Made by a program: the position numbers and the translations under genes. From Podarcis pityusensis (taxonomy: Eukaryota), in NCBI GenBank assembly GCA_964106645.2, contig OZ067044.1: a stretch of DNA of 64,000 nucleotides. One strand, given 5' to 3'. The notes beneath the pieces are model-generated. The model saw only the letters and a program-made list of their open reading frames with translations. It ran no database searches and was not told the DNA's origin. Below are positions 25,084-36,397 of this stretch, piece after piece. Numbering within the stretch: the first letter of the stretch is position 1; each line of letters opens with the position of its first letter.

Positions 25084-26339
25084 GCTGAGGTTGAGTTGTA
25101 GATGGTTGCTGGTGATTTCCATCTCAAAAATTGTGGAGCATGCGCATTGTTTTGCTTTCTCGTTAACCGTGTTTGTGCATTTGTGGTCTTCACAGGGCTG
25201 CTGCACTGCATCGAACTTAATTTCTCATGCTAGAGAAAGGCTGTTTCCAGGCAGGTCTTGACTTTGACCTGCCCTGGTGGTATAAATTTGCAGTAACTAC
25301 AGTACTGTCTTCCTTTCCAGTTTGTAATGCCAGTTAAGCATTCTGATAGTACCAAAAAAGAAGAAGTTAATGAAGGTAAAAGACAACACGGCCGTTCATA
25401 CTGGGGGTTTGGTGATCCTGCTGCTAGCTCTGCATTATCTCGCCTGTGTTCCTTCTGCTTATCCCATTAACCCCAGGGACGACTCAAAATATCAGCCCAG
25501 TCTCTTTGTGAATATATGCATGCTGAATGCAACCCCCCCCCCCCGTGACAAAGTGCCCTTATTGACTTCAAAGAAGTGAAAGATTTTGTGCGAAGCCCAG
25601 CAAACTAGGGAGATGGCCTGTGTGTACATGTCTTTGCCAGTAACCTCAGCAGAACACAATGTGAGGCTTGTGGTTGAAGTTCCATGGGCATTACAAGTCT
25701 AGGGGAGAGGACAAAATTGGCTTCTGAAGAGGATGGAGTTGAGAGGTTTAATTATCAGATCTATACTCATCCAGGGGGAAATTGCAGAAGAAATGAGTTT
25801 TGAAACAGTGCAGTGTTAAGATCATTATGCACTTCCATGTGGATTTTTTTAAATAAAAAAATATGCGTATTTTAGAAGTTAGTTCCTCCCAAGAAAGGTA
25901 TACTATTTCCCCTCTTATATGCAACTAGCTTTCCATGGTAGCCACAACAGGAAAACCTCCCTCTGACAATTGATTATAGCTGGCATAAGATCGCAGTTGA
26001 TTTCTGGTTTGTACTCTTATCTTGTGTTTCAAAATGAGGCCTAAACCCTGAAACCTGAGCTTGTCTGTTGACATAACCTGAAGCTGATTTTTCTGTTCAC
26101 CTACAGGCAGGCTGGATAGTTGAGTGCCCTTCACTTATCCAGGGTATGGCCTTACTGGAAATGTCACTCCCCATTGCCTCTCGTTGGGGTCATGTTAACA
26201 CTGCACCTCGAATACCACAGTAATTGTCCCAGTAATTGTCCAATAGCTTCTGTTTTAATAAAAATCAAGGCCACCTTATGTAACTTTTAAACTAACCAGA
26301 TGCAGGTGCATTAAACTGGCTCATTTACTTGGGAGATAT

Positions 26340-26700
26340 CAGAAGCACCTTAGGAAAACTGTGCTGGATGAGGCCAAAAGGCCCACCTAGTCCAAAATCC
26401 CATTCTCACAGTGGCCAACTAGATGCCGTTGGGAAGCCCATGAGCGGAACCTGAGAGCAACAATGCTCTTCCTCTTTGAATATCAGTTGCTGCAAATCAC
26501 AAGGCTCACTGGAGGTGGAATATAGCCATAATGGCTAGCATAACTCCATCCTCCATGAATTCATCTAATTTTCCAAAGCCATCCAAGTTGGTGGTCATCA
26601 TTAGCTCTCATGGGAGCAAATTCCGCATTTGTGTACTGTGAGAAGAAGCTATTTCTTGTGCTAAACAGAGGCTTGGCTTCATTAGATGAGTTCTGGAATT
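26340..26700 (-). mobile_element. Degenerate CR1-like 3' end
   Basis: GCTGGATGAGGCCAAAAGGCCCACCTAGTCC...CACAGTGGCCAAC resembles a common squamate CR1 3' UTR. Confidence 0.55.
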
Positions 26701-27510
26701 ATAGATACTCTGCCTGCATGGTTGTCACAACACGCTAACAATATATTATTTGGCCTGCCATGGTAGTGATAGCAGTGTTGAAGACTCACTTAACACAGTG
26801 AGTCTTCATTCAGTGGCCAGGTTGAAAAGATTTGTCCTGCCCTTCATGCATTTTTGTCTGAACTCGGGTTTTCTACCGTTAAGTTTTACAAAGCCAGCAG
26901 CATTTGCAGAGGGTGTACTGAATATATTTATGACCTTAAGTCGCTTCTCGTTGAAGCTGGCAAGCCTTTTAGTCTGAAGGAGTCAGTGGCATGAAGGTCC
27001 CTTTTATATTCTGAGCTTCCTGTAAAATACAGGAGCAAGCAATGTGATTTAAACTGCCTTGCAGCTGTAAACTGTGATTTCCCCAGAAGGTTCGTCATCC
27101 AGCAGAACAAGTTTTGCCACCTTTGACACATAGCTTCAGACAGCATAGGAGGAGGGGCAGAAAGTGTCAACAGGTTGCAGTAAGCAAGGAGAAGTTGTTC
27201 TCCCTTAAGCAGCGGTGCATTGATGCACAGCCTTATTAAGTCTTGTCAGCTGTATTAAAGAGAAACCTCATTTCTCAGAAGAGTATGCCAGACAGTCAAC
27301 GCTGCTGTCTGTTCTGGCTGTCAAGGGCTAGAGAGTACCATTGGGTGACCTTGCCAGCTTGACTGAGGCAGCATTGTCCAGGCTTCAGAACCCTGGTGCA
27401 GCAGCAAGTGCAAAAGTAGTGACACATAATTAGCTCTGATAGTAGATGCAAAATAAGATGATAAGCCCGTAGAAATGTTTTTGCTTTTAACTATGTGAAT
27501 GTGTGTATAT

Positions 27511-27859
27511 GACGCGGGTGGTGCTGTGGGTTAAACCACAGAGCCTAGAGCTTGCCGATCAGAAGGTCGGCGGTTCGAATCCCCGTGATGGGGTGAGCTC
27601 CCGTTGCTCGGTCCCTGCTCCTGCCAACCTAGCAGTTCGAAAGCACGTCAAAGTGCAAGTAGATAAATAGGTACCGCTCCGGCGGGAAGGTAAATGGCGT
27701 TTCTGTGCGCTGCTCTGATTTGCCAGAAGCGGCTTAGTCATGCTGGCCACATGACCCGGAAGCTGTATGCTGGCTCCCTCGGCCAATAAAGCGAGATGAC
27801 CGCCGCAACCCCAGAGTCGTCCATGACTGGACCTAATGGACAGGGGTCCCTTTACCTTT
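27511..27859 (+). mobile_element. Sauria SINE
   Basis: Full-length; TSD ATGTGTGTATAT (27499-27510, 27860-27871). Confidence 0.92.
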
Positions 27860-29299
27860 ATGTGTGTATATATGGGGGGGGGGTGGGAGGATGAAAACTG
27901 CTGACTATGGGCTGCCAAGCAGGGTGCTTTTTTAAAAAAGTGGGATTCCCACGTTTATTAAAACGTTGCCACCCTAAGCTTCTTGAGGAAGAAGAGCGGG
28001 ACAGAAATCAAATACGTAATTAATTTCTGCTCCTTAAGGCGTATTCCTGGTGACGTACAGGCTGGCAGAGAGCACAGTCTATAGGCATTTTGTGGCTGAG
28101 ACCCAAGGTGGTTAGCAGTACTGTATGGGAACAGGATTGTATCGCTTAATCATGAGAAGGAGATGGCTTTGAAGAGGCATAACCCCATTTTGTAAAATAT
28201 TATTAATAAAGCTGGGCCCCTCTGGATGCAATTTTATTTGTGAACCCCAATATTTATCCTGTCTGACACCAAAGGCCCAAGATCTTTAGCGTCTAGTGCT
28301 GCATGAGTTGTGCTAGGTGGGTTGCTGTTCACACCCACCTGGATTTTGCCCCCCCCCCCAACCTTCCAGCTTTCGTCTTGCCTGTAACGGGGAGTGGGTG
28401 GGTGCCCCTGGTCCACCCTATAAAAACTTCTTGGGGATTCTTTATGCAAGGAGCTGTCCAGCCCCACAGAGATGCTGAACGCCTGTGTGGCTGAATTCAG
28501 CCCACTTCTCTTGACTGCTGTATACGATCCTGGACTGATCCAAGATAACTAAAGAAGAGCGCTATATACCTCCTTAAGGTTTTAAGCACTGCCTGTTTAT
28601 TACAGAACTTGAGAATATTGGAGGTTTGTTTCTCTGCTGGACGATGCCTAGCTATCACTTTTATAAATAAATATTCTGGATGTAAAATTTTAGACTGGCC
28701 GGTCACTTATTTACATTCAAGTTATAAGCTGGTTTTGTTGCACTGGGAATTTGGCATGGTTTAGCAGGGTCTGAAGCTGAAAAAGGGCATGCATGAATAC
28801 ACATGTGGCATCCTGCCCTGAAAAAAGCAAGCTTTGTTTATTTTTGAGCCTTCTCTTGTACTTAAATATATGAAAACAACTGATGGTGGTGTTAATCTCC
28901 CTAGAATAACTTTCTTGGGTCACTAGCTTAGCCTAACTTACATCACAAGATAGTGAGCCCAGGTGTCAATGTTTATATTAAGCATTTGGGTGGGGTACAT
29001 AAAATTAAACCTGAGTTACATTGTCTACAACAAAAAATGTCTCAAACTGGCTGTAATTGATTTGTTTGTAGGATTGTACGATTTAAAAACAGCAACACTG
29101 AACGTATTTTTGTTACTTCTGGAATTTTTTTCAATAAAAACATATTATTAATTTTTTTAAAAAAAACAGTAGCAGTATTTGTTGCTACTATTTCCTTCTG
29201 GGTAGGCACATTACTGCCCAGTCACAGTTAGACTAAAATCCCGAGTTTCTTAATTCTCCTAGTTTTCTCCCAATGGTAGCTTGTTGTGACTTGTTTGCA

Positions 29300-29910
29300 A
29301 AGCATTTTAAGGATAAAATTGCCTGCATCTGCCAGGACCTTGACTCCAGTTACAGCAGACGAATCTTGAGAGGTGCCCAGAACACTGTCTAGTTCTGTTG
29401 TGTTGGATGAGTTTCAGTTAGTAAGGCTCAAGGACGTGAATCAGGTGCTTGGATGGGTCAAGGTGACCACTTGCACTCTGAATCCTTGCACATCTTGGCT
29501 GATAAAAACTAGCGAGGAAGGAGCAGCTGGCTGGGCCAGGTAGGAGATTAATGCCTCCCTGTGAGAAGGGATGGTCCCTGTCTGCTTGAAGAAGGCAGCT
29601 GTAAAATAAGTATCAGTAAGTAAAATTTAAAACAAAACAAAAAGAGAAACCCTCACTGGATTTGGAATATCTAAGTAATTACCAGCCAGCTACCAATATC
29701 CCCTCGGGCAAGTTTCTTGAGCGGGTGGCCGTGGGCCAGATCCAGGTGCTCTTGGAGGAAAATGATTTTCTGGGTCCATTTCAATTGGGGTTTTGGCCTG
29801 GTTTTGGCATAGAAACTACTTCGGTCACCTGGTATGATGAACTCTGTCTGGAGAGAGACAGGGGAAATGTCTTAGTTGATTTTCCCCAACCTCTCTGTGG
29901 CTTTTGAGTT
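29300..29910 (+). mobile_element. Degenerate L2 internal (RT N-terminal) fragment
   Basis: LSNYQPATNIP..GKFLERVAVGQIQ...FQLGFWPGFGIET resembles the NYRPISNLP / FQSGFR motifs. Confidence 0.7.
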
Positions 29911-32000
29911 ACACTTAATCCGTGTATTGCAACCTAAGCCCATTGGAATGGTTCTTCACTCTGGGAAATGTGGAATGTATAGTACACGTTTCGCTTTCGT
30001 GTGCAATGTTCATACAGTCACAACTGTCTTTAAGTTGTGCATACTATATATATTTTGGCACATTGTACTTTTCTCCGGCTGATTCTTCAGGCCCAGATTT
30101 ATTAGGGCCCATGCTTTTGAGGAAGCGTCACACTTCCTCTCCTGAAATGTGGTACAGTACTTCCTCAAAATCGCTCATTTCTTTTTAAAACAAAACAAAA
30201 CAGAATGTTAGTTGTAAGTAACCCCATTCAAACCAATGGAAGAAAACACAGCTATTAATAGGACCTATAATGCAAGATTGAGCATGTTTACCTAGAAGCA
30301 AGTTTCACTACCCAGTGTCAGTATGCTGGAGTAAAGCCTAGCACACTGATTTCAGCTACTGCTCGTTTAAGGTTACACGAGAAAATAAAGGTTACTGTCT
30401 GCCAAGAAGATAGGAAATTGACCAAATTCCTAGAGAAGATCCCAAAATCCCTTAAAACAAACAGAAATAGGAGTGGGACTCTTGCTCAGGAAGCATGGAA
30501 GGCAGATGGAGATGGCATTCCTGACATATTTAATTCCAGTGCATATTTCTTCTACACACCATGTCTGCCTTTTTATTAGGACCTTATTCTGCTTACGGCA
30601 GGAGACGCAGCTATTCATTTCTCTTGACATCCATCTGTTTTTACACTCAAGTACCTCATTAAGATAAATCTGTTCACTCTTTTTCATCCCAGCTGATCTT
30701 TCCTTTTCGTTTTCCTCTCATCTTACTCTTAAGATCATTTGCTTGTATGTGGGGGCGGCAGTTTTAGTGCATTATATATAAATTGAGTCCTGTTCTGCTA
30801 TTATTGCTAAACTTCTAATAGCAGGAGATTTTTGTTCCTGTTGGAACATGATTAACAAAATGCTTCTCTAATCGAAGAAGGGAGTTTCTGCTTTGCCTCC
30901 AACCAGATTATCTGCCATTTCTCTTCAGATTTTTTGCATGTCCAACCTGAGCATGAGTGCATTCTAACTTGAAAACGTTCCTCCTGCATTTTGCAGAGGA
31001 GCAGTTCTTAATAGAATATAAAGGGTCAGTAGTACTGCAGTGTAGTGAAGAAGATGCTTAAAATGACGAACTTTGAGTACTGCTTAACAGGGAAGAATGT
31101 CTTAAACACTAGGCGATGCCATGTGGATTTTGCCTTCAGTCTTCAAAACGTCTTGACCTCTTCTGAAGATGCTTGATACTGTTATTTTTACTTTGTCGAG
31201 GCAACACGGATTTTGCTTGTAAGCTGGTTTGCAGAGAATTGACTGGCTGGAAGCCGAGGTGTTGCAGCATGATTCTAAGCATGCTTCCCACTGCTTTCAA
31301 AAGTGTGTCCTCTAATACACGTAGTCCCTGATGGCTGCTTTAATGCAAGACATTAAAATGAGCAAAGGCTATTGTATTTGGAAGTGTTATTTGCTAAGCT
31401 GTACACACGGCTATTTCCCCTGCAAGCTACAGGGAAATCCCTACCATAATATGAGGAAAAATTTTCACTATACCCCGTTGCTCAGAAATCAAGCCTATTT
31501 CCCCTCTTATGGGGCGTAATTAAGATTCCAGCCAAGCAGAACTGTCGCTTGATGAATCCAATATACAAGTACCGGTAATTTTTTTGCTCTCCTGGGAGCA
31601 TAATCTCCTGACCTATGCTGGGAGACCCACAAAGACTCTGATGTCATACTAATTTAGAAACGCTGGAGAATGGATTCCCCATCCCCTGTATAACATTGGA
31701 AAACCCCGTTCTTTACCCCTTGAGGGGGTGGGTAGAATCATAGTAAAATAAAAAAATGGCTGGCTATTAATGATGTGTTTGCCCCTTGAGCAAGTATATT
31801 CTGTTTTTAGATATTGCAGGTATGTCACAGCAGCCATTCTTACAGCCTGCTCTTCTGCTAAAAGTGCCCAGAGGGTGGTGCACAACATACTCATAAAACC
31901 ATGTTATGTAACCTCTGAAAGTCTAGCAAACCGTTTCTAAAAGCAATAACAAAGAACATGCCATATAGTTAACACTTAGGGAAAAAACCTAACAGTAAAA

Positions 32001-32136
32001 AGATTCAGGTAGGTAGCCGTGTTGGTCTGACGCAGTCGAAATATATAAAAAAATTAAAAAATTATCCAGTAGCACCTTAGAGACCAACAAAGTTTGTTCT
32101 TGGTATAAGCTTTTGTGTGCATGCACACTTCTTCAG
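32001..32136 (-). mobile_element. Penelope-like terminal-repeat fragment with mutated hammerhead (GAAA to AAAA)
   Basis: Same family; flanked by direct repeat CAGTAAAAAGAT (31993-32004, 32134-32145); ends exactly at the CTGAAGA box. Confidence 0.78.
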
Positions 32137-32539
32137 TAAAAAGATGTTAACACAGAAATGAAACTAGGTGTTGTCTATTAAAAGCCTGACAAAATAAGGA
32201 ACGCCTTCAATTTCTGTTAAAAGACACATAAAAAGCAAGCTGTTGTTGACAGAAGAGCGTTCTAGAGATGTGACAACATCTTAGAAAAGGCCACATCCTT
32301 GGTGCTTTATGAATGACCTGAGGTGGCTCTGAGAACAGGTAACCTGGCCCAGAGTTAAGGGCTTTTAAGAGTATGTAACCAGTACTTTGAATTGAGCCAG
32401 AAAGGTATGCCAGTGATGGCTTCAGGGACATGTTACTCGCTTTCACGCTCCCTCTTAAGAGAAATCAGCTGCCCTTATTCTATATGATAAATCTGCAAGC
32501 TGTGCATATTCTGTCATAAATTGCCATTCTTCTTTAGTT

Positions 32540-32980
32540 GCAGACTAAACATACAGAATAAGAGAACAAGAAGAACATATGTTTAGAGAAGATTGGAAAA
32601 CGTTTATTGAATATAGGGGGAAATTGTGTACACCTGAAAACGTCAGCATTAAGATAAATTCCACAGTGTAAATTTTTTATTTATTTTATTTTATTAAATA
32701 TTTTCTTGTTTTACAGAATTATGTGTAATGTCTCTCGTATTTCTTCCATGTAACATTTTTACAAATCCGTTTCATTTGCTGAGACATTGGGGGGGGGGGG
32801 GGGATAAGTTTTGATGGATGCAATAATGGAATACAGAACGGTTTAGTTTTTGTAAAATACGCAGGGATGTATGATATGCAAAATGAACCATGGAAAGAGA
32901 AGAAGAGAAGCCACTGATATTTTAAGGTTGTTTCAAGGAGTATTTTAAATTGTAAAACAGAAAATTTAATAAAAATTAGA
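32540..32980 (+). mobile_element. L1-like 3' end with rearranged/inverted segment
   Basis: TYRIREQEEHMFREDWKTFIEY-like ORF2 end, AT-rich 3' UTR ending AATAAAAA. Confidence 0.5.
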
Positions 32981-33189
32981 GGAAACAGCTGGCTGTGGCA
33001 GCATGCAGACTAACGAACGGCAGCAAGAGATTTAGATCTGGTACAGCAAGACGGACAGATGTAATATATATTTCTATGGTAGCAATTCCCCTGTTCAGCT
33101 TTGATCAGGCCACATATATCGAACCAGCAATAATAATTGAAAATAAAACGAAACTGCCCGGTTAAAGGGGGGAGAGGAGCAACATTCTA

Positions 33190-34200
33190 GATTAACCAAT
33201 CAGCGACACAACCCTGAATTTGAACCCGCATAACGTAATATAAATTAAAAAATACATATTTTCCTAGGGTGATGTCTACTACTGCAGCCAGGACTCTAAT
33301 AAAAAGCTCGCAGAGCAGGAGCGACGCATGCGCCCTAAGCAGGGTGGGAGAGCTGGGGCCGGCCAATCAGAGGAGCGGGAGCTCTCGCGCGCCGTCCAAC
33401 GGCCGCTCAGGCCCGCCCGGGCGCGTGCCCGGACCTGCCCAACGGGGGAGCGTTTCACCCCCCCCGCCCACCTCCCTCTCGCTACGTCACTCGAGGAAGA
33501 CGAAGGAAGCCGCCATGTCGGACGCGGCAGATTCGCCATAACCTTTTCCCCGCCGCGGCCTGCACGCCGCCGTTTTAATAATAACAGCAGCTTAATAATG
33601 CGCTCCCGTGTATAGATACGTATTTATTTATTTTTAACAAAACCTTAGCGCTCCTCGAATTTGAGAGCAGGGTATGGCGACGGCGGCGCTTCTCCTGAGG
33701 GGACGAAAGTGCTAGTTCTTCCTCTCTCTTTTAATTCTACGGTTTTTATTACCACCCCTCACCCTCCTCATATTCGGCCATGGAAGCTCCGTCGGCAGGT
33801 GAGTGCGGGCGCCGAGGGGGGCCTTTTTTAATATATGGAAATCGCGTCGGCGGAGGGATTCCGCCCCCGCGCGGGGCCTGACGGGACGTGGCGCGAGAGT
33901 CCCGAGCGGGCGTCGTCGTCACCGGCACTTCCGGTTCAGTGGTGGGCGGGCATGGCGTCGGAACCGGAAGTGTGCGTGTGCGCTTGCGCGCGCGTCTGTC
34001 TTGTCATCACGGTGCGCACAACCTGGTTGGCTGTGGTCCTCGGGGCGGAGAAAGCGACTTTTTCTTAAGGACGCGAGGAGAGCGAAGCTGCCCGATGTCC
34101 TCTCCTCATAATGGAAGCGCCACGCCCTTCCAGCTGCGCCCACCTATTTTTCGCCCAAACGCGGGCCTCGAAGCCACAACCCTTGGGGTTTGAGAGTCTC
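33190..34200 (+). promoter_or_regulatory. ZFAT: ZFAT CpG-island promoter / exon 1 region
   Basis: Sharp CpG/GC enrichment; CCAAT boxes at 33196 and 33363, half-CRE TACGTCA ~33483, GC boxes, ETS sites CACTTCCGG (33926) and CCGGAAGTG (33964); surrounds the start codon. Confidence 0.9.
33780..33798 (+). CDS. ZFAT: ZFAT coding exon 1 (MEAPSA + G, phase 1)
   Basis: GCCATGG Kozak, 19 nt then GTGAGT donor; joins exon 2 in frame to give MEAPSAGNRSIFMCK, like the human ZFAT start METRAAENTAIFMCK. Confidence 0.88.
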
Positions 34201-34398
34201 GTGCTCTACCTATTGAGCTATCCAGCCGCCGAGGCTTTGGAACGGGAAACCTCGTTAATGGAACAGAGAAGCCTAACTGTGGCACCGAGTGAAGGAAGCG
34301 CTGCTTTTTATCTGTCCCATCGATAACCTCAGCCAAAGCTGCCCATCCTGCTTTTAATTGAATTGAAATATTTAATGTCACTTGTACAGCTTGTATAT

Positions 34399-34754
34399 GG
34401 GACACGGGTGGTGCTGTGGGTTAAACCACAGAGCCTAGGACTTGCCAATCAGAAGATCGGCAGTTTGAATCCCCGTGACGGGGTGAGCTCCCGTTGCTCG
34501 GTCCCTGCTCCTGCCAACCTAGCAGTTCGAAAGCACGTCAAAGTGCAAGTAGATAAATAGGCACCGCTCCGGCGGGAAGGTAAACGGCGTTTCCGTGTGC
34601 TGCTCTGGTTCACCAGAAGCGGCTTAGTCATGCTGGCCACATGACCTGGAAGCTGTACGCCGGCACCCTCAGCCAATAATGCAAGATGAGCGTCGCAAGC
34701 CCAGAGTCGGTCACGACTGGACCTTATGGTCAGGGGTCCCTTTACCTTTACCTT
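34399..34754 (+). mobile_element. Sauria SINE
   Basis: Full-length with (ACCTTT)n tail; imperfect TSD TACAGCTTGTATA/TACAACCTGTATA. Confidence 0.92.
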
Positions 34755-34874
34755 ACAACCTGTATACAGTGAGATTAAGAGAGCTGAGTGGGGGGTGCTC
34801 GTGTAGTCTTAATTTCCCTCGTTTACTGATGCACACCCACCAAACCCAAAAGTCAGTTGCCCTGTTGTTATTTT

Positions 34875-35225
34875 TTAATTCAGCAGCCTAACAGCCCACG
34901 GATAGAAGCTGTTCTTTACCCTGTTGGTGCGACTAATCATGCTTGTATATCTTCTGCCTGAGGGCAGGAGATCAAGAAATTGCCGGCCAGGGTGTGAATC
35001 ATACCTGAGAATTTTCCTCACTCTCCTGAGGCAACGTTCTTCCGCTATTTCATCCAGCGGATTCACGGGACAGTCCATAATATCACCACCCTCTGTAGGC
35101 ACTTCCTATAAGATGATGTCAAACCAGCGTACCACACCGTGATGCAGTATGAAAGGACACTTTCTGTTGTGGACACCGGTAGAAGGATATCATCAAATGT
35201 TGATTGACATAGTTCTTCCGCAATG
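34875..35225 (-). mobile_element. Rex1/Babar-type LINE 3' fragment
   Basis: DSHPGRQFLDLLPSGRRYTSMISRTNRVKNSFYPWAVRLLN is the characteristic Rex-Babar ORF C-terminus. Confidence 0.82.
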
Positions 35226-35797
35226 CCCCACAAATTCAAAGGGGGGAGAAGGAAAAGAAGCTCATTTCCACTTTTCCTAGACCAGTGGTCCTATGCCCTA
35301 TGGGCCACATTTTCAGAATAAAAATTTGCTCGCACCGCACCTAATTTTTTTATTGTTAAGAAATACATTGGAAAGAAAAAGCAAAAACCAGCAGTGCTGG
35401 ATTTATAGCGTAGAATGCAGCCTCTTTATAATATCATCATGGGGCATCCAGAATGTATGAAACAATGCATCTGCTTACTCAGGAGTTCTATGCTTCATGT
35501 CCTTGCATTTTGAAAAAGCTTTAGCTAGCCTTTGCCGTTGAAGTTGGTTTGTTGTGGGTCGTCATGTATAACAAGGATCTAAACCTTTTGTTCTGACCCA
35601 GTGCCTCACTTCTGAGTTGTCACACTGGGGGTTATTCTCAAAATTATGTGGACTCCTACATAGTACATCACTACTAAAACGAGTTCTTGCACAGGCAAAT
35701 AGTCAGATTCCATTTAAGATGCAGTCCTACACACGCTTACCTGGGAGTAAGTCCAGGGTAAGTAAGTGGGGCACTCTTCTGAGTAACTATGTGGGGT

Positions 35798-36258
35798 AGA
35801 TAAACAAACTGGAATGTGTCCAGAGGAGGGCAACCAAAATGGTCAAAGGCCTGGAAACGATGCCTTATGAGGAACGGCTAAGGGAGGTGGGCATGTTTAG
35901 CCTGGAGAAGAGGAGGTTAAGGGGTGATATGATAGCCATGTTCAAATATATAAAAGGATGTCATATAGAGGAGGGAGAAAGGTTTTCTACTGCTCCTGAG
36001 AAGCGGACACGGAGCAATGGATCCAAACTACAAGAAAGAAGATTCCACCTAAACATTAGGAAGAACTTCCTGACAGTAAGAGCTGTTCGACAGTGGAATT
36101 TGCTGCCAAGGAGTGTGGTGGAGTCTCCTTCTTTGGAGGTCTTTAAGCAGAGGCTTGACAACCATATGTCAGGAGTGCTCTGATGGTGTTTCCTGCTTGG
36201 CAGGGGGTTGGACTCGATGGCCCTTGTGGTCTCTTCCAACTCTATGATTCTATGATTC
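35798..36258 (+). mobile_element. CR1 LINE 3' end (young)
   Basis: Open ORF2 end [23 protein letters not shown]...WNLLP...FKQRLD; (ATTCTATG)n tail. Confidence 0.93.
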
Positions 36259-36397
36259 TAGATCTGTCAGTAGAGCAAGAAACTCTTAATCAGAGTTGTG
36301 GGTTTGAGTCCCATGTTGAGCAAAATACTCCTCCATTGCAGGGGGTTGGACTAGATGGCCCTTGTGGTCCCTTCCAACTTTACAGTTCTATGATTCT
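36259..36397 (+). mobile_element. tRNA-head / CR1-tail SINE directly behind CR1
   Basis: Degenerate tRNA-like head, then the same GGGGTTGGACTAGATG...TTCTATGATTCT tail. Confidence 0.7.

Noticed and set aside
33269-34193. Arg/Gly-rich ORFs over the CpG island
   Set aside because: Expected in GC-rich promoter DNA; only the ATG-initiated uORFs and the 19-nt coding exon are supported.
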